The notes under the pieces are model-generated. The model made no database searches. It was not told the origin of the DNA and saw only the letters and a program-made list of their open reading frames with translations. A stretch of DNA of 64,000 bases from Bigelowiella natans CCMP2755 (taxonomy: Eukaryota; Protista; Cercozoa), in assembly GCA_000320545.1 (NCBI GenBank), contig ADNK01000981.1, positions 1-64,000 of the forward strand, read 5' to 3'. The translations under genes and the position numbers were made by a program. This document shows, piece after piece, positions 1 to 13,655 of the stretch. How positions within the stretch are numbered: the stretch's first letter is position 1; the number at the start of each line of letters is the position of its first letter.

Positions 1-97
1 GCATGTTGATCGGCAGATCATCATCAAATCGCTATCCTGTCAACTGTTTCGAATATTTTTTGTGTGAGTTTCTTATGCTTGTGTACTGCACGCACGT

Positions 98-145
<48 letters not shown>

Positions 146-591
146 CCGTGCAACGCACATGAACGGTGCTCACCCACCATGTGTCTTCATGACAACTATC
201 ATGGGATAGTGCCAGCTTGATCCTGAGAACACCTGGTTTGTTGTGGGTAGTCGATGTGCTCAGAAGAGAAACGAATAATTATAATAATAATAATAATAAT
301 AATAATAACATAAGTGAGACATGGCGAGTCAGTTGTATCGTCGATGCTGTTACACGTAGTATTTGTGCGTGGATTGGCTGATCTCTCTTACGTAACAAAC
401 AGCGAATCATGTTACAGAAAACTTAGCAGCAGCATTCAACGATATCCTCGTTAATTTTCAACACGATTCATCGTGCTGCTAGATGATCTACCTGAAACAC
501 GAGCATGTACGCTTTCGAAGGTGTTTCAAACGTAGCATACGGGTCAGAATTCATGGAATCCTAGCATTAAGAGCATCAGCAAAAACATCAT

Positions 592-630
<39 letters not shown>

Positions 631-1932
631 GACTGTTTACTATCGTGAAACAGATTTACTTACAAAATTGATAGAAGATTATTACTTATTTTCTACTCAA
701 CGACGGCACTGTCTACTATATATTTAGGAGCATCCAACCAAGGAAAACAACAACAAATGCAATTGAAGTTGAAATAATGTTACATTATTCACAAAGTCCA
801 ACAAGTGTTCTGGTGGTTTGAAGAGCAAGAATCCTAGAGAAGCGAAGAAGTATATTGATAGCAGCAGCATAACCGTGAAATACCTGGAGCATAGTGGGTG
901 GTGAGGCGAGTGCTTTCATACATGGGATGGTGAAACTCAAATAACCAAAACCAATAGTTTAAGTGAGTCATCAACGAAGACAACAAGTTGCAAGCACAAT
1001 GTACTATTCTCCAACTTCCAAGTACTCTTTCAAAAAATTTATTTATCCATCTTCCACATTAGGATATATTTTTTTATGCTGCAATGATTGCTAGCAAACT
1101 CCAGCGATTCTAGCCTAGTAACTACAATGCAATCTTCACGTCATCATATGTTTGAATAATATATAATATTACAATTGTGTTGCGCTGTGCAATGAGTCGC
1201 TACTAATGGCAAACTTACGTCATCATAGGCCAAAATGTCGTTGTTAGTAGCTTGCTGAGACTACCGATCCTTTCCTTAAAAAGAGGAGGCAATGATTTCA
1301 GAAGGATGATGAAGAAAAGGAAGAAGAAGAAGAAGAAGAAGAGGTAAGTGCACAAAACACACACACGCACGCACTGACTTAAAACACACATAGTTACATA
1401 GCTTCACACATACTATTATATGGTATTCTCCTTACATATTTCTCTCTGAGAGGTCTAGCAGTGAGAATCCTAGCAAGTAGTATTGTCTGTGCCATAGCTT
1501 CCACATTTGACCAAAACCGATGCTGCTGCTGCTGCTGCTGCATGATGCTATTTCGTCACAGATCGGATCATAATCGCACCATTGATTTTAAATAATAACA
1601 CAAACAAAATTAGTACTAATAATAATGAACAACAAAGTCTATAACGCAGTGGTGTACACACCACCAGAATGGTGATGATTACAACAATAAAATCTTGTTT
1701 TTTCTCCCTCCCCCCCCCCCCCTCTCTCTTCCTCTATTTGTTTATTCGACGTGAATCGCTTCTAATAACAAAAATCAATGGATGCACCTATTATCATTAT
1801 TATCTACATCTTGAGAGAATCCGAAGATGACAAATTCCCGCAAGATGATTGTAGCCTAAGAGAAAGAGGAGGAGAGGAGGAGTAATAGATGATACTAATA
1901 TATTCACAACGTACTTTACATATGCTGCTATG

Positions 1933-1973
<41 letters not shown>

Positions 1974-3576
1974 GTCGAAGGACTGTCAAGATTTTTCACC
2001 CTCCGTCTTCCTCCTCCTTCTTCCTTCTTCCTCCTCCCCTCCTCCTCCTACTAAAATACCACCTGAACTATCGTTGCCAAGAGCACAGCTGTGAAATCTG
2101 AGATTCTGTTCCAACGACCGAAGTAATAGGACAACCGTGGTTTTGGAAGACTCAAGTACCGAACGCACAAATCCATCCAATATAAGACTTTCAATTAAGG
2201 AATATTGAAAAGTTGGGGGCGAGGGGAGGGGGGGCAAAGAAGTAAGAAATCGAATAAGCTTGAAATAGTGTGTTTATGATCCATTGGTGCTTCCATATCT
2301 CCTCTTCCTCTGCCTCCTCTACCTTCTTCTTCTTATGGTTTACCATTCTGCTACATTTATAACATACCCAGGAACATGATATTTAAAAACCGCAAGTTGC
2401 CAGTGATCATCTTTAGTGGCAATAACAAATCCTGTTGAAATAGCACCAGCAGTTAAATCGCACCTCCTTCAACAGAACAGAGTTTAGAAGAAAGAAAGGA
2501 CGAGAAAGAAAGGAAACACATCATCATGTGTTCTCTTTCAGCGAGTGGCTTCTTCGAGCATTTTCTTTTGAAAAACGAGGCTAGCGATACCACTCAAAAC
2601 AGCATCTATCAGTACTTCCCAGGAAATAATTGTGCAGGAAATAAAACTATCATAGCTGTGCTCGTCATCGTCCAGCGAGAATTATACGTACAGCTTGAAA
2701 CAAATTCATGGAAGAGAGATCAATAAAAGGATTTTAAGCTAAAATTCTCGACACGCCTTTTCTTGAGATAGCAATACGTCATTTACACCTCCGCCCCCCT
2801 GCAGATGTGATGGTGCGTAATAATTCGACATTAGTTGCTATTTTTCAATCCATTCATCCGTCTATTTATCTATCTATCAGGGCAGCAATAGATTAATACA
2901 AGAAGAGAGAAATTCATAATAATAACGTGATAGTGAGCAAGGGGTAGTAGTGTGCAATATACTACCAACTTGCTGCTTTTGGATATTTCTACTACTACAA
3001 CAACAACAACTACTACTACTACTACTGATAGTAATAATAATACTTACATGAAAAGCGGCCAGGGCGCATAAGTTGCAGAAGAGCACAACTAGCATCGTCC
3101 AGCGGTACCAATTGCTGTATTGTACCAATACATACCGTTTAATTTAGTATCAATACTATTACATCTCTCCTCCCAACAAAAGAACGATACCTTCTCGAAA
3201 TCCTGCTCATATTAACACGAAAGGAGTCATCGCCGACACGTTTATTGCCTCCTCCCCCCCATCTAGAGTGATTCAGATGATCATCTATATCATCGTCATC
3301 TAAGAAGTTTTTGGGTGAGGACCGATCTACGAATTATGAGAATAGATATTTTCATCAATAAGGTATGATATTAACATATATTCGCAACAGCAGACGAAGA
3401 AGTTTCATGTATTGGAAATTATAGCTATCGAGGAACATCGTAATCCTTCGAGAAAATGTTCGAGGACATATGTTGTAGAACAATAACTTGATTATTGTAA
3501 TCAAATCGTCCCTTGTTGTATCGCCATCACAGTGCCAACTGTAGACACTGCATGTTCACACACACACACACACACG

Positions 3577-3651
<75 letters not shown>

Positions 3652-3690
3652 CGCGCGCGCGCGCGTGTGTGTGTGTGAGAGACACACATA

Positions 3691-3779
<89 letters not shown>

Positions 3780-5603
3780 CAAACAACAGCAGCAACAAGG
3801 ACAACAACCTAAGAATCTCTGCCACATTGGAACACCAGCAGCAGCACCAACGTTGTTTCCTCCTCCCCCTCTCCCAGTAGTCCTCATCCTTGTTTCTTCC
3901 GTAAAAGACCGGCTTAAGGGAGTGTGCTTGTAGTGATGCTGTTCTTTGAGTAGTATTTTCGGATGATGATGATGATACTTATTTTGGTCACCACCACCAG
4001 TTCTTCCATACATGTAATTGTTACTTCTCGTGAAGGAGGAGGGAGGGGGGGCGGAAGAGGAAGAGTGGTCCGCTGCTAATCCGGTTACGACTTTGCTAAT
4101 GGGGGGGGGGTCAGAAGGAAGGGGTGTTGCTTCTTCGGCTGATATTTCGAGATACTTAAGCCGCAGAACCTGAAGGAGAGAAGGGGGGGGGGGGGGGAAG
4201 CGATAAAGGTAAAAAACTTCCAATGCTTATTCAAACGAGTCTCAAGGGTTATTGCTCACATACGAAATATCGATGATCAAGGACGAAGATGTCAATATTA
4301 TTATTATTATTCGCTATATCTCGTCGAGATCTGCAACAATTTGTGCTGCTATGGACAAATTTACGCACACACCTGTACACAAAACTTATGAAACGCTCTT
4401 TCTCTACATGACGACGCTGCTGTGAAGTTAGGGTGTCGTTGACGATGATGACGATGATGACGATGATGAGGATGAAGCTCAATGTTGGAATCAGCAGAGG
4501 GAAGGTTGGTGTCGTTCGCATTCGTAGTAATGTTGATCTTGTCATTGTCACCATTTTGTACGGGTAGGATAGATGAAGATTCATTCTGCTTCTTGTTACC
4601 TCCTCCTCCTCCTCCTCCTCCTCCTCCTCCTTTATTTGCTTCTCCACCATCATTCATTTCATTTTTATTATCATAATCATTCTTATTACGCTTTGTGTTG
4701 TTCCTTGGGGTAGAAGGAGGGGGTAGCGAAGGAGAAACAAAATGTTGTTGTTGTTTTAAATTGTGGTGTGTGCGGGGTGGAGAGCGGTTGCTGCTGCTGC
4801 CGCCGGTATGCGAGTGCTGGTGCTGGTTCTTGAAAATTCCGACACCCGATGATAATGATGATGATGATGATGATGATGATGACGACGATGAGAAGGGAAA
4901 TGGCCCGAACAAGGCTATGTTGGCCTATTTATGAGTTACTGATATCAGTGCAAAGTGCAAGCACGCACACACAAACGATCTATTTTCTGCAGCATCTGTG
5001 GTAATGTAATACTGAGTGAGACGACCAGGCATTCGATGTTCTCAATGGGTACTCTTGGTCTAAGGCGCTTTCCTATCTCCATTAGCAAGAAGTGCTAAAA
5101 GCACACACACAGGGATTGGATAAATACATAAATAAAAACACTTATTCCGAATGGTGATGATGATAATGCACAACTACTGAAACAAAAGTACGCACTACGA
5201 AAGTACAATACTGCTACGAAACAAGGAAGCATCGTCGTTGCTTTGAATTACATCTTATCATATATTTATAGCCAGTGTCGATATGGACACTCGTATATAG
5301 CTAGTAACAGGTGGAACAATAATACGTACCTCATTTATCTCGTCATGGTCATCTTCCATCCCACACAAACACACACACACACACACACAAATACACACAA
5401 ATAAACACACACACACACACGACATTGGCATAGTAGTAGTAGAAGAAGTAGTAGTAGCACAAAATATTAACCATTCATCATCAACTTGCAAGTGGTTCTT
5501 CTTCATACATACATACATACAAACATACATACATACATAATTACATGCATTCGTTCTCCTATAGTTGTTATTGCTGTTGATGATCATGTGTAACGTGTTG
5601 GAG

Positions 5604-5646
<43 letters not shown>

Positions 5647-6104
5647 CCGCCTTCCTGCTTGCCATAAGTAGCCAGAAGTTCGAATGCCCGTAGTACTCCC
5701 TAAATTACAACAACACATAATGTGCTGTCATTCACAATTCGATTGAATCAAGACAATACTAATCGCCAATGATAGTATTCAATAGTAGTATTTGAATGGA
5801 CATCTTGCTCGTGAGGCTGGCAAGCAACAGCACCATGCATTCCACAGTGTGTTCTTTCAGCGCTTGGAGCGATATGATCTCTCTGTACGACTCAACCTGG
5901 AATAATGATAATGAAAATAAAATAATAATAATATTAATGATTGAAATAGTGACAGTACGAATGAACCTACTGATGAGGAAGGAGGGAATAGAGGAGGAGC
6001 TTAGTGCCACTACAAGTGTCGTTTGTAACAACAACGGCTCTAAATAACGACTTCAGTCATTGAAAACTGTTGTCGTAAGCATCAAATGCTACCACCACCA
6101 CCAC

Positions 6105-6147
<43 letters not shown>

Positions 6148-7506
6148 GTTACTATGTATGTATGTAATTTGTGCATGGGACTGACCACGCCACCCAACAG
6201 CGTTGAAAGCATCAAGGTACCCCCAATTAGGAGAAAGGACCTTCAAAGTAATGATTCAATTGTGTCGACATCGACGAAATTTGCAGCAAATATCAACTTA
6301 AGATCTAAGGTTTATATAGTGCTTTGGGTAACATATGTGTGTGTGCGTAAAAGGGAGACAGGGAGGTGGGGGGTGGCGGAGCGCGGAAAGAATTAAGTAA
6401 CAATATCGCGTGAAAAATTACTATTATGGCTTATTGTTAGTTGTTCTCTGCTATTCGTCTCGTTTTGTCGCTCGTAGTACCAAAAGAAGATTATTGCAAT
6501 CGTTGGAGAGTATTCATATGCAGGATACAAAGCCATCTAAAGCGGCAGCAACCATCAACAACACAAATTAACAGTTTATATTCCATCATCATCATTTCAA
6601 GTTGTTGATTCTACGCCCTCCTCCTCCTAGTATCGGCACAGCTAATTACTATGACTTGTATCTTGGTTTTCCCCTACAACCACAGGCTATACGGAACTAT
6701 TTTCAAATGAGAATCGCTTGCTATGCCATTTCCGATGTTAACTTAGCTGTATTTGTTGTTATTATGATTATTACTATTGAAGATGATGTTGTTGTTGTTG
6801 TTGTTCGCTAATCTGATATTACTGGGTAATTCTCGGTAGTGAGGAGAATAAAGAGGGAGATCAGAGACAACCCAAACGAGTCAAATCTGCGATCATATCG
6901 AACAGAATAAACACACACACATACACGACAACAAATTACACCACCCCCACCCCCACCACCACCACAAACATCGAAGCTGCTGACGCTGCAATGACCTTGC
7001 ATCATCACGCCATTTTTCGTCGTACAGCCCGTAGAAGAGCCTAGGGAGAACCAGAAAGCAAAGCTCCGCTCAGTTTAAAAATGTCACATTTTTATCATTT
7101 TCATAGAAAGCATGGCTAATCCATAATGTCTGCTTCTATGTCCAAACTACGAACGTGATGCGATCGATCGATGATAAGATTTATCGAAATAAAACAAACA
7201 AAATGGGAGGCATTTCTAGAACAATTTTAGAACTTCATTCCAAGGATCTGCACCATTCCCATTAACATTTTTTTGCTAATAATCTGTTTGCTTCTATATG
7301 ACTAGTTCAGAGTCACCTAACCTACTATTACTACTACTATCACTACTACTACCTCGTTCCGACAATAGCGTAGCATATCATTAAAACACCTATTCAAGAA
7401 ATAATAGAGGAATCGCATTAGTTGTTCATGGGATCACCAGCAATGCTAACGAAACAAGTTCGATTTTCAAAGCAAAACGTAACATATGCGCGCGCCCAAA
7501 CACACA

Positions 7507-7570
<64 letters not shown>

Positions 7571-10500
7571 GAGTGTGCGTTGATAAAACATATGAGAAAC
7601 ACATTTTTTCATATGTAGCGAACATCATACCCAGCGTGATGAGAATCTCGCTTAGAAACTTAAAGGTCGACGGCACAGTTACTGGAAACAGTGAATATCA
7701 TTAAAAATATGAATATGCAATGTCAGCGGAATGAACGGACGTTTTTTGTCTTACGTGCCACGTCGAAAGGTAGAAATCAGTGACATTTTCTCACGATAAA
7801 TAACGATTTTTCAAAACATTCTTAAACTTGTGTTCTCCGTCTTCAATTTATCAACACCGCGGAAGCTATTAAACTTCGAGATTAAGCCGCATGAATTGCA
7901 AATACATAATAACGACGACGACGAATACGACAATTGTAATGATAGTGGTGAATACATAATCGTTTATTGTGTGTTATTATCGTCTCTCCCTGATATTATC
8001 ATCACCTGCAACCATACGTAGATTTCTAGAAGCTAACAGAAAGAAGAGTGGACGCAATGGCAGCGTGAGGAGAAAAGGACGTGGGCAAGATTCAGGAATG
8101 AAGCTGAAGTTCGGCTTACTGTCCTCACGATACCTGGTATTACATTATTATCATCATTTTTCTAATCTGATCGTTAGCATGGTGACGACGGATGCAGTGA
8201 TAAGTACTGGTAAGGTCAGTAAGTATGGCTTGATTAAACAATAACGATGATAGCGTTTTCTGTCATGTGATACAGCTGTTGCTGCTGCTTGCTGTGGTAC
8301 CCGCAAAGGAGGAGATCAAGCCACATTAGTACCACGAAAACGAGCTATTATTTCACCGCCACCACAACAACAGCAACAAAGTCTTCAGGATCTCACATGA
8401 ATAACAACACTACTATCACCACCACCTAGAAAAATCATACAAACAACAAGTATTCGAAAAAGCAAGAAAACAATAGCTCTCATCTTATAAACCTGTATTA
8501 TAATCACTATAACGTATCATCATCTCACAGTACTTGTATGAATCATCCTCTCACTATCTTTGTATTAATGACAGCCTCTTTGCCCCCACCTCACCTGTGT
8601 AGCTCTAAACCGCTGTCTTTCGAACTCTTTGAATCCAAATGATAATACTGTTTTGTTGGCGGAAGTAATAAATACTTACTAAACAGCCATTGTCATTGAT
8701 TTATTATATATGACAACATTTCACGGGACAATTCCATCGATGCTCTCCTTGAATTTCTGATTTTTCGAAATTTATTTGTAAGAACTACATATTATCAGTA
8801 CATTTTGGACCTTCAAGTATAATGACAATGAGATAAAACGTAATAATTCCGATCTGAGATTAAGCAACACATTCGAAAGCATTATTCTCTCATCAAAAAC
8901 TACTCTCAGGTACACACAACACAACACGACATATAAAAAAATCTTTTGCCCTCACTTCAGTTGCATGCTAACAAAAAAAGTCATATTGTTCAAATGATGA
9001 GTTTATTAAAGAAGAGAAGAAAGAGAAATGAGCATCACCTCTATAGCTGGATTATGATTAGCTGGAGTGAACGGTAACAGGAGATGGAACAATATGCACC
9101 CGTAACTTTATTTTAAATATACAACATCCATATATGTATCTGTGTGCTGCTGCTCTCCATCAACAAATGAGAAAAGACTTTTGAAAAGAGAAACCAGTTA
9201 TTATTCTGCACGTCGCTCAAACGTGAATCATGATCATCAAAATAAATATTACCAAACATCACATTTTATTCACGTGTGGGAACGAATACATATCCCAAAC
9301 GACGAAGAGATAGTACTAGTATGGATGATGTGTTGTATAAACGTGGGTGACTACAAACTTACACGCGAATTAATACGTATGAATATCACAACTATTGTTC
9401 TCTCTTCTAATATTATTACAATAGAAATCTTGTGAAGGCGTGCCTCCAGATATTGTAGAAGAAGCTGGTCGTGCTATCGCTTGCATGTGCTGCATTTATC
9501 ATAATTCGTAGTAATCATCATATTCGTCTGTTTTATCAACTTGCTGTTGTCGTTGTTTTGCTGCACTATCGTATTATCGTATCATCAAATTACTCCGCAG
9601 AGACTGTCACAACCCCCACTACTTTATACTTTATCATTACTGCTGCTGCTGCTGCTAGTACTACTACTACCAAATGCCATTCCATGAGGGTTATTGTGCA
9701 CAGCGTCTAACACATATCTGTTGAAGGAAGAGGAGGAGGAGGAGGATTAAGGGGAGACAATAACGACACACACTCACTCACTCACTTACTCACTTTTCAG
9801 AATTACATGTTAAGGACTATGTGAACCATTATAAACTAGTGTGATCTGCTATCAAAATACCAACTATAAAGTACAATCATCAACATTGGAAAATCATCGT
9901 TCTACCCACTTAGTTGACAAAAAATGCCCAATAACAACTATCTAGTAGATCTCTCACACATGTAATTACAATGCAATGGTGCACTACATAACTATTTTAG
10001 TTGTTCTCATAAATAGCATACAATGCTGCTCTATCCAGCATATCTTCGAACGATGTCGGGGGGTACCAAGGCTTAAGACCAATGAGAAATAGGAAAAGAT
10101 TGAGGAATTATTTTGGAATACACATTTGAAACGATGATATTTATTGGACATCTGCATAGAAAATGATTCCATGCTTTGGTGTGAATCTCGGCATCGAATC
10201 ACACTACGTCTCACTTGCTCATTATTCTTCTACAGCAGTATAATGATACAAATTGTTGGAATGCAGCTGCTTTAGGTGCAATTTCTCAACGGCAAAGCTA
10301 CTGGAAGAAGTAGCACCGTTGAAGAATATTGGGCTGCTCTCAGATGATAAATAATAAGGCATTTAAGACAGGAATTTATCTCTCCGTTGTTCTCCCGATA
10401 ATCGTTCGCAAATACTTCTCAATGCATATTCATTGCGACAAAGTCCACTACTTCCATCACTACAGGTGCTGTTGTAATAAGGCGGCGGCATGTATCTATC

Positions 10501-11686
10501 TAGCACCTTTTCGAACAGATTAAACTGCCTCTTGTCCTATTGGTTTAGGAAAAAAATGTTGATTATTTGCACACATCGATATATCTGATTATTATACCAT
10601 CCATCCACGGAAAAGCCCATGGTTGTATGGCAGAGCCTAGTTCTACTACTACTTTCGTACTTTATCATGCATGTGTTGTTCTATTTGTTCAATTGATCTA
10701 CTACTACTACTACTGCTACTTCTACTACAACTGCTGCTGCTGCTGCCGCTGCTACTACCTTTGGCACAGCGACAGTGGTGCTGTCGCTAACTCGAAAACC
10801 AATCGAAGGGGGGAGGGGAATACTCGACTCCGCATGCGATGATACTGATGCTTCCCTGCTGTTGGTTGTGTATTTGCTTTCTCAGAGGGATTATGCATTC
10901 TCAAAGAGGAGGAAGGAGCGACACCGAATGTATATAATTCATGAGGGAAAATGAATTTTCGTTTAGAATGGAAGGAGAATTTTTATTTCACTTCATGGTG
11001 AAGAAATGGTGGTAGTAGTAGGAGTAGTAGTAGTAGTAGTAGTGGTTTTGTTGTTCTTGTTCTTCTTGTTGATATTGTCGTAGTAGAATAAATACAGCAA
11101 GAATTTTTGTAAAGAGTACAATAAATGTGCAACACTATAGGAAGGAACGTAGAAAAAAGTATTTACTATGGAAAGGCAGATAATCATAAACGAGTTGTGC
11201 AATTGTTCATATTTACGAGATACAATGTCATGTGTTAATCGACATCGATCGTTCAAAGCAGTCGTTCTTTCATAACCACCTTATTCTTCTATGATGATGA
11301 TGATAATGAGGATCGTTACTATTCGGTTGTTTCGGTAGTAGCGCAGTCGATAAGTTACTAGTAGCAGAATATTTGCTAGTAGCATGTTGTTGTCTCTTTT
11401 TAGGCAGGAGAGGAGAGGTAATGGTGCTGCCGCTACTCTGTGTATGAAAATCAGTCATTGTGCTGCTTTCTGCACAGTCAGTAGTGCTCTTGGTCTCCTG
11501 GTATTGGGTTCCTATCATTTTCTCATATTGCTGCTGCTGCTGCTGCTTCACATGCTTGAGATCAACAGCTTCCTCGATTCTAGTCGCACCCATTTGGCCT
11601 GCTTTGGAAGGGGATAACTTGGATTCTGCGATATCACTTAATCGCGACGGTTTGTTTGTTCTCTTCTCCGAAGATGCCACCATCAT
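1..11686 (-). CDS. TPC1: Two-pore channel (TPC family, 2x6TM), multi-exon, 3' end beyond window start; start codon uncertain (11686, 11842, 11914 or further upstream)
   Basis: Hand-spliced exons give DRAALYVLDAVHN (N-terminal helix), S4 LTLPLRPLFFLL, S5 EILITLGVLMICYAIVG, pore I FDSFGLSLISLFILLTTENYP...MALYPAYEYSPTIAIIFFWSFLLIGGTLMLSTLLGGVVESY, linker GVLRAFELL and FHKFCVQVLRLKY, domain II S1 WYRWTMLVVLFCNLCAL, pore II YATFETPSKAYMLVFQ|VFSGSSWH. Some domain II junctions were not fully resolved. Confidence 0.85.
3556..3775. repeat. Compound dinucleotide microsatellite (CA)n-(TA)n-(GA)n-(CG)n-(TG)n-(CA)n-(TA)n in a TPC intron; representative of the many intronic SSRs in the window
   Basis: Directly visible; explains the spurious HTHT, YIYI and CVCV ORFs. 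Confidence 0.97.
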
Positions 11687-11861
11687 CAAGTTTCCGAAAG
11701 TTTGAGGTCGTCGCCTCCTCCCTCCTCTGCGCTTATAATACCTTTTACTTCCTAACAGATAATCAAGATTATACTTGGATTTCATGAAAAGGGGCTTGAA
11801 ACTAGCAAAAAGAGAATATTTAAATAGGCAACGACCGTCCATAGAGGGGTTTTCCTTCTTA

Positions 11862-12948
11862 TTAGAACCCGGTATCATCCTCATCTTGTTTGCCCCAAGT
11901 GATATGCGCGGCATTTCGGAAGATGACTCTAGCCAAGATTTCAACTTCTCCCGTGATTCTGGACTGAGTGTATCCGCTTTGTTCTGCCAAGTCGTCGTTA
12001 GTATTTTAATCAATTCAGAAATTCAAATTAAAAATATTTTTTCTAGATAATAAATGCAGCTCCACTCTGCGACCCACCACCACAAAGCCGGTAGAGTGCT
12101 ATATTTGGAATTAAATTAGGCCCCTTACTCTAACTGTTCCATTTAATATCACCGGTATTTTGTTGCAATATTTTAGAGCTATCGACGACGTTTTATTATA
12201 GTATTACCTCAAGGATTAATCTCAGATTTTTGACTCTCTGCTTCCGTAACTTTTATGAATGAAATAACGAAGGAAGTATTAATATAGGTCAAATTTAATG
12301 AAATTTAAACATTGTAAAATGTTCAGCTTCTTCTCTTTGCCTATTATTCATTACTTTTATCCTCGCTCCCCGAGTAATATTGGTCTCGAAGTCATCGTCT
12401 TTGTCACCGTGTCTGCCATCCAACACGAATATTCAGTAACTAACTACCACTTGTGAAATTCATTGATGTACTAGCATGACTACCGTGCAATATATTCAGA
12501 AATTCTTTTCTTTCGAAAGGCACGGGCAGGTGAATCCTGTATTCGTAGCCCCATTTCTTCAAGCCCCTCCTATCAGTGAACAATGTACATATATCTCAAT
12601 AAGTACATAAATAAATATATTTATGGATGTACGTAACTATTAATCTTATACATATTTAGTAGTATCTTTATCTTCTTTTCAATAAAATTGCAAAACAGTT
12701 CTCATTTTTTACAGTGGAACGAGGCCTTCGGAGATGATCACGTCGATAATCCGGTATTTGTGTTGATTGGCATCGCTTATGACGGGAGGGGGTTCTTCCA
12801 CTCCTTTGCCCTGTTCGTCCTTCCTTCTTCATGTTGTTCCGTGTAAAGTCAAGAAACTACCACAAGATATAATTAAATCATCATTTTCGATACATACCCT
12901 CCTCTGCATCTTCCTGTTCTTTGTTATGCCACGATGAGAAGATCGCAT
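11862..12948 (-). CDS. Possible multi-exon Arg/Lys-rich hypothetical protein (separate gene or 5' extension of the TPC)
   Basis: Short exons join in frame at GT-AG sites: MRSSHRGITKNRKMQRR|KEGRTGQRSG...RRPRST|EGLEEMGLRIQD...EYIAR|HGDKDDDFETNITRGARIK|LRKQRVKNLRLILE. No recognisable domain; last junctions ambiguous. Confidence 0.3.
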
Positions 12949-13655
12949 GCGCCCTTTCTCTTTCCGATCGACGAGGAGGAAGAGGAAGAGGAGCCAATAT
13001 GGTTTTCAAGTTATGTCACGATTGCTCGACTGTATATGTATTGTTTAGAAAACACTATCAGTTGGAAAGAGTTTGCGACAAGTTCAAAAAGCCAAACCTC
13101 GTTCTTTGCAAGAAATATCCCCCCCCCCCCCGATCTCCGACAAGAAGGATGAGTTTTACCAGGAGAACCTTAGGGATTCTATATCCCAAAATTCATGCTA
13201 TTTTTCCTCTGCGACTAGGTATAATTATTGTCGGTAATGAAATATTATTGTGACTGCATCATGTTCTCCAAAATAAAAGTCTTTCTACAGTCGCACTATA
13301 AAAAAGTCCTATTCTGGGTCAGCTGAGACATCCCAGAAGGACTATCAGAGTATCTCAAAAACTACTTGCTCCCGCGAATTTTCAACGACAACAAAAAGAC
13401 AAGGAATTTTGCTGTGTATCCTCGCAAAATACTGGACGTAAGGGAACAACGGAATAGATTTAGGCAGTCTTTTATCACACAATAGTTTGGTATTTCTACG
13501 TCAGCTCCCCCACCCCACCTCGAGGCACTAGCAGGTGCCCGAGACGGGTTGAGTTGCAACGCAACCCACCTTGGGCCACTGGAAGAAGGATTGCACTTTA
13601 GTCGATGAACACGGGAAACTTTAGCAAGTAATAACCTGTAATCAGCCTCCTTCGT

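Noticed and set aside
1-260. TG/CA-rich start of the window resembling the TpA-poor spacers
   Set aside because: It contains a TPC exon (VFSGSSWH) and a (CA)n intron, so it is genic.
3501-3812. ORFs such as HTHTHT, YIYIYI, CVCVCV, poly-S/V/M throughout the ORF track
   Set aside because: Translations of intronic microsatellites, not genes.
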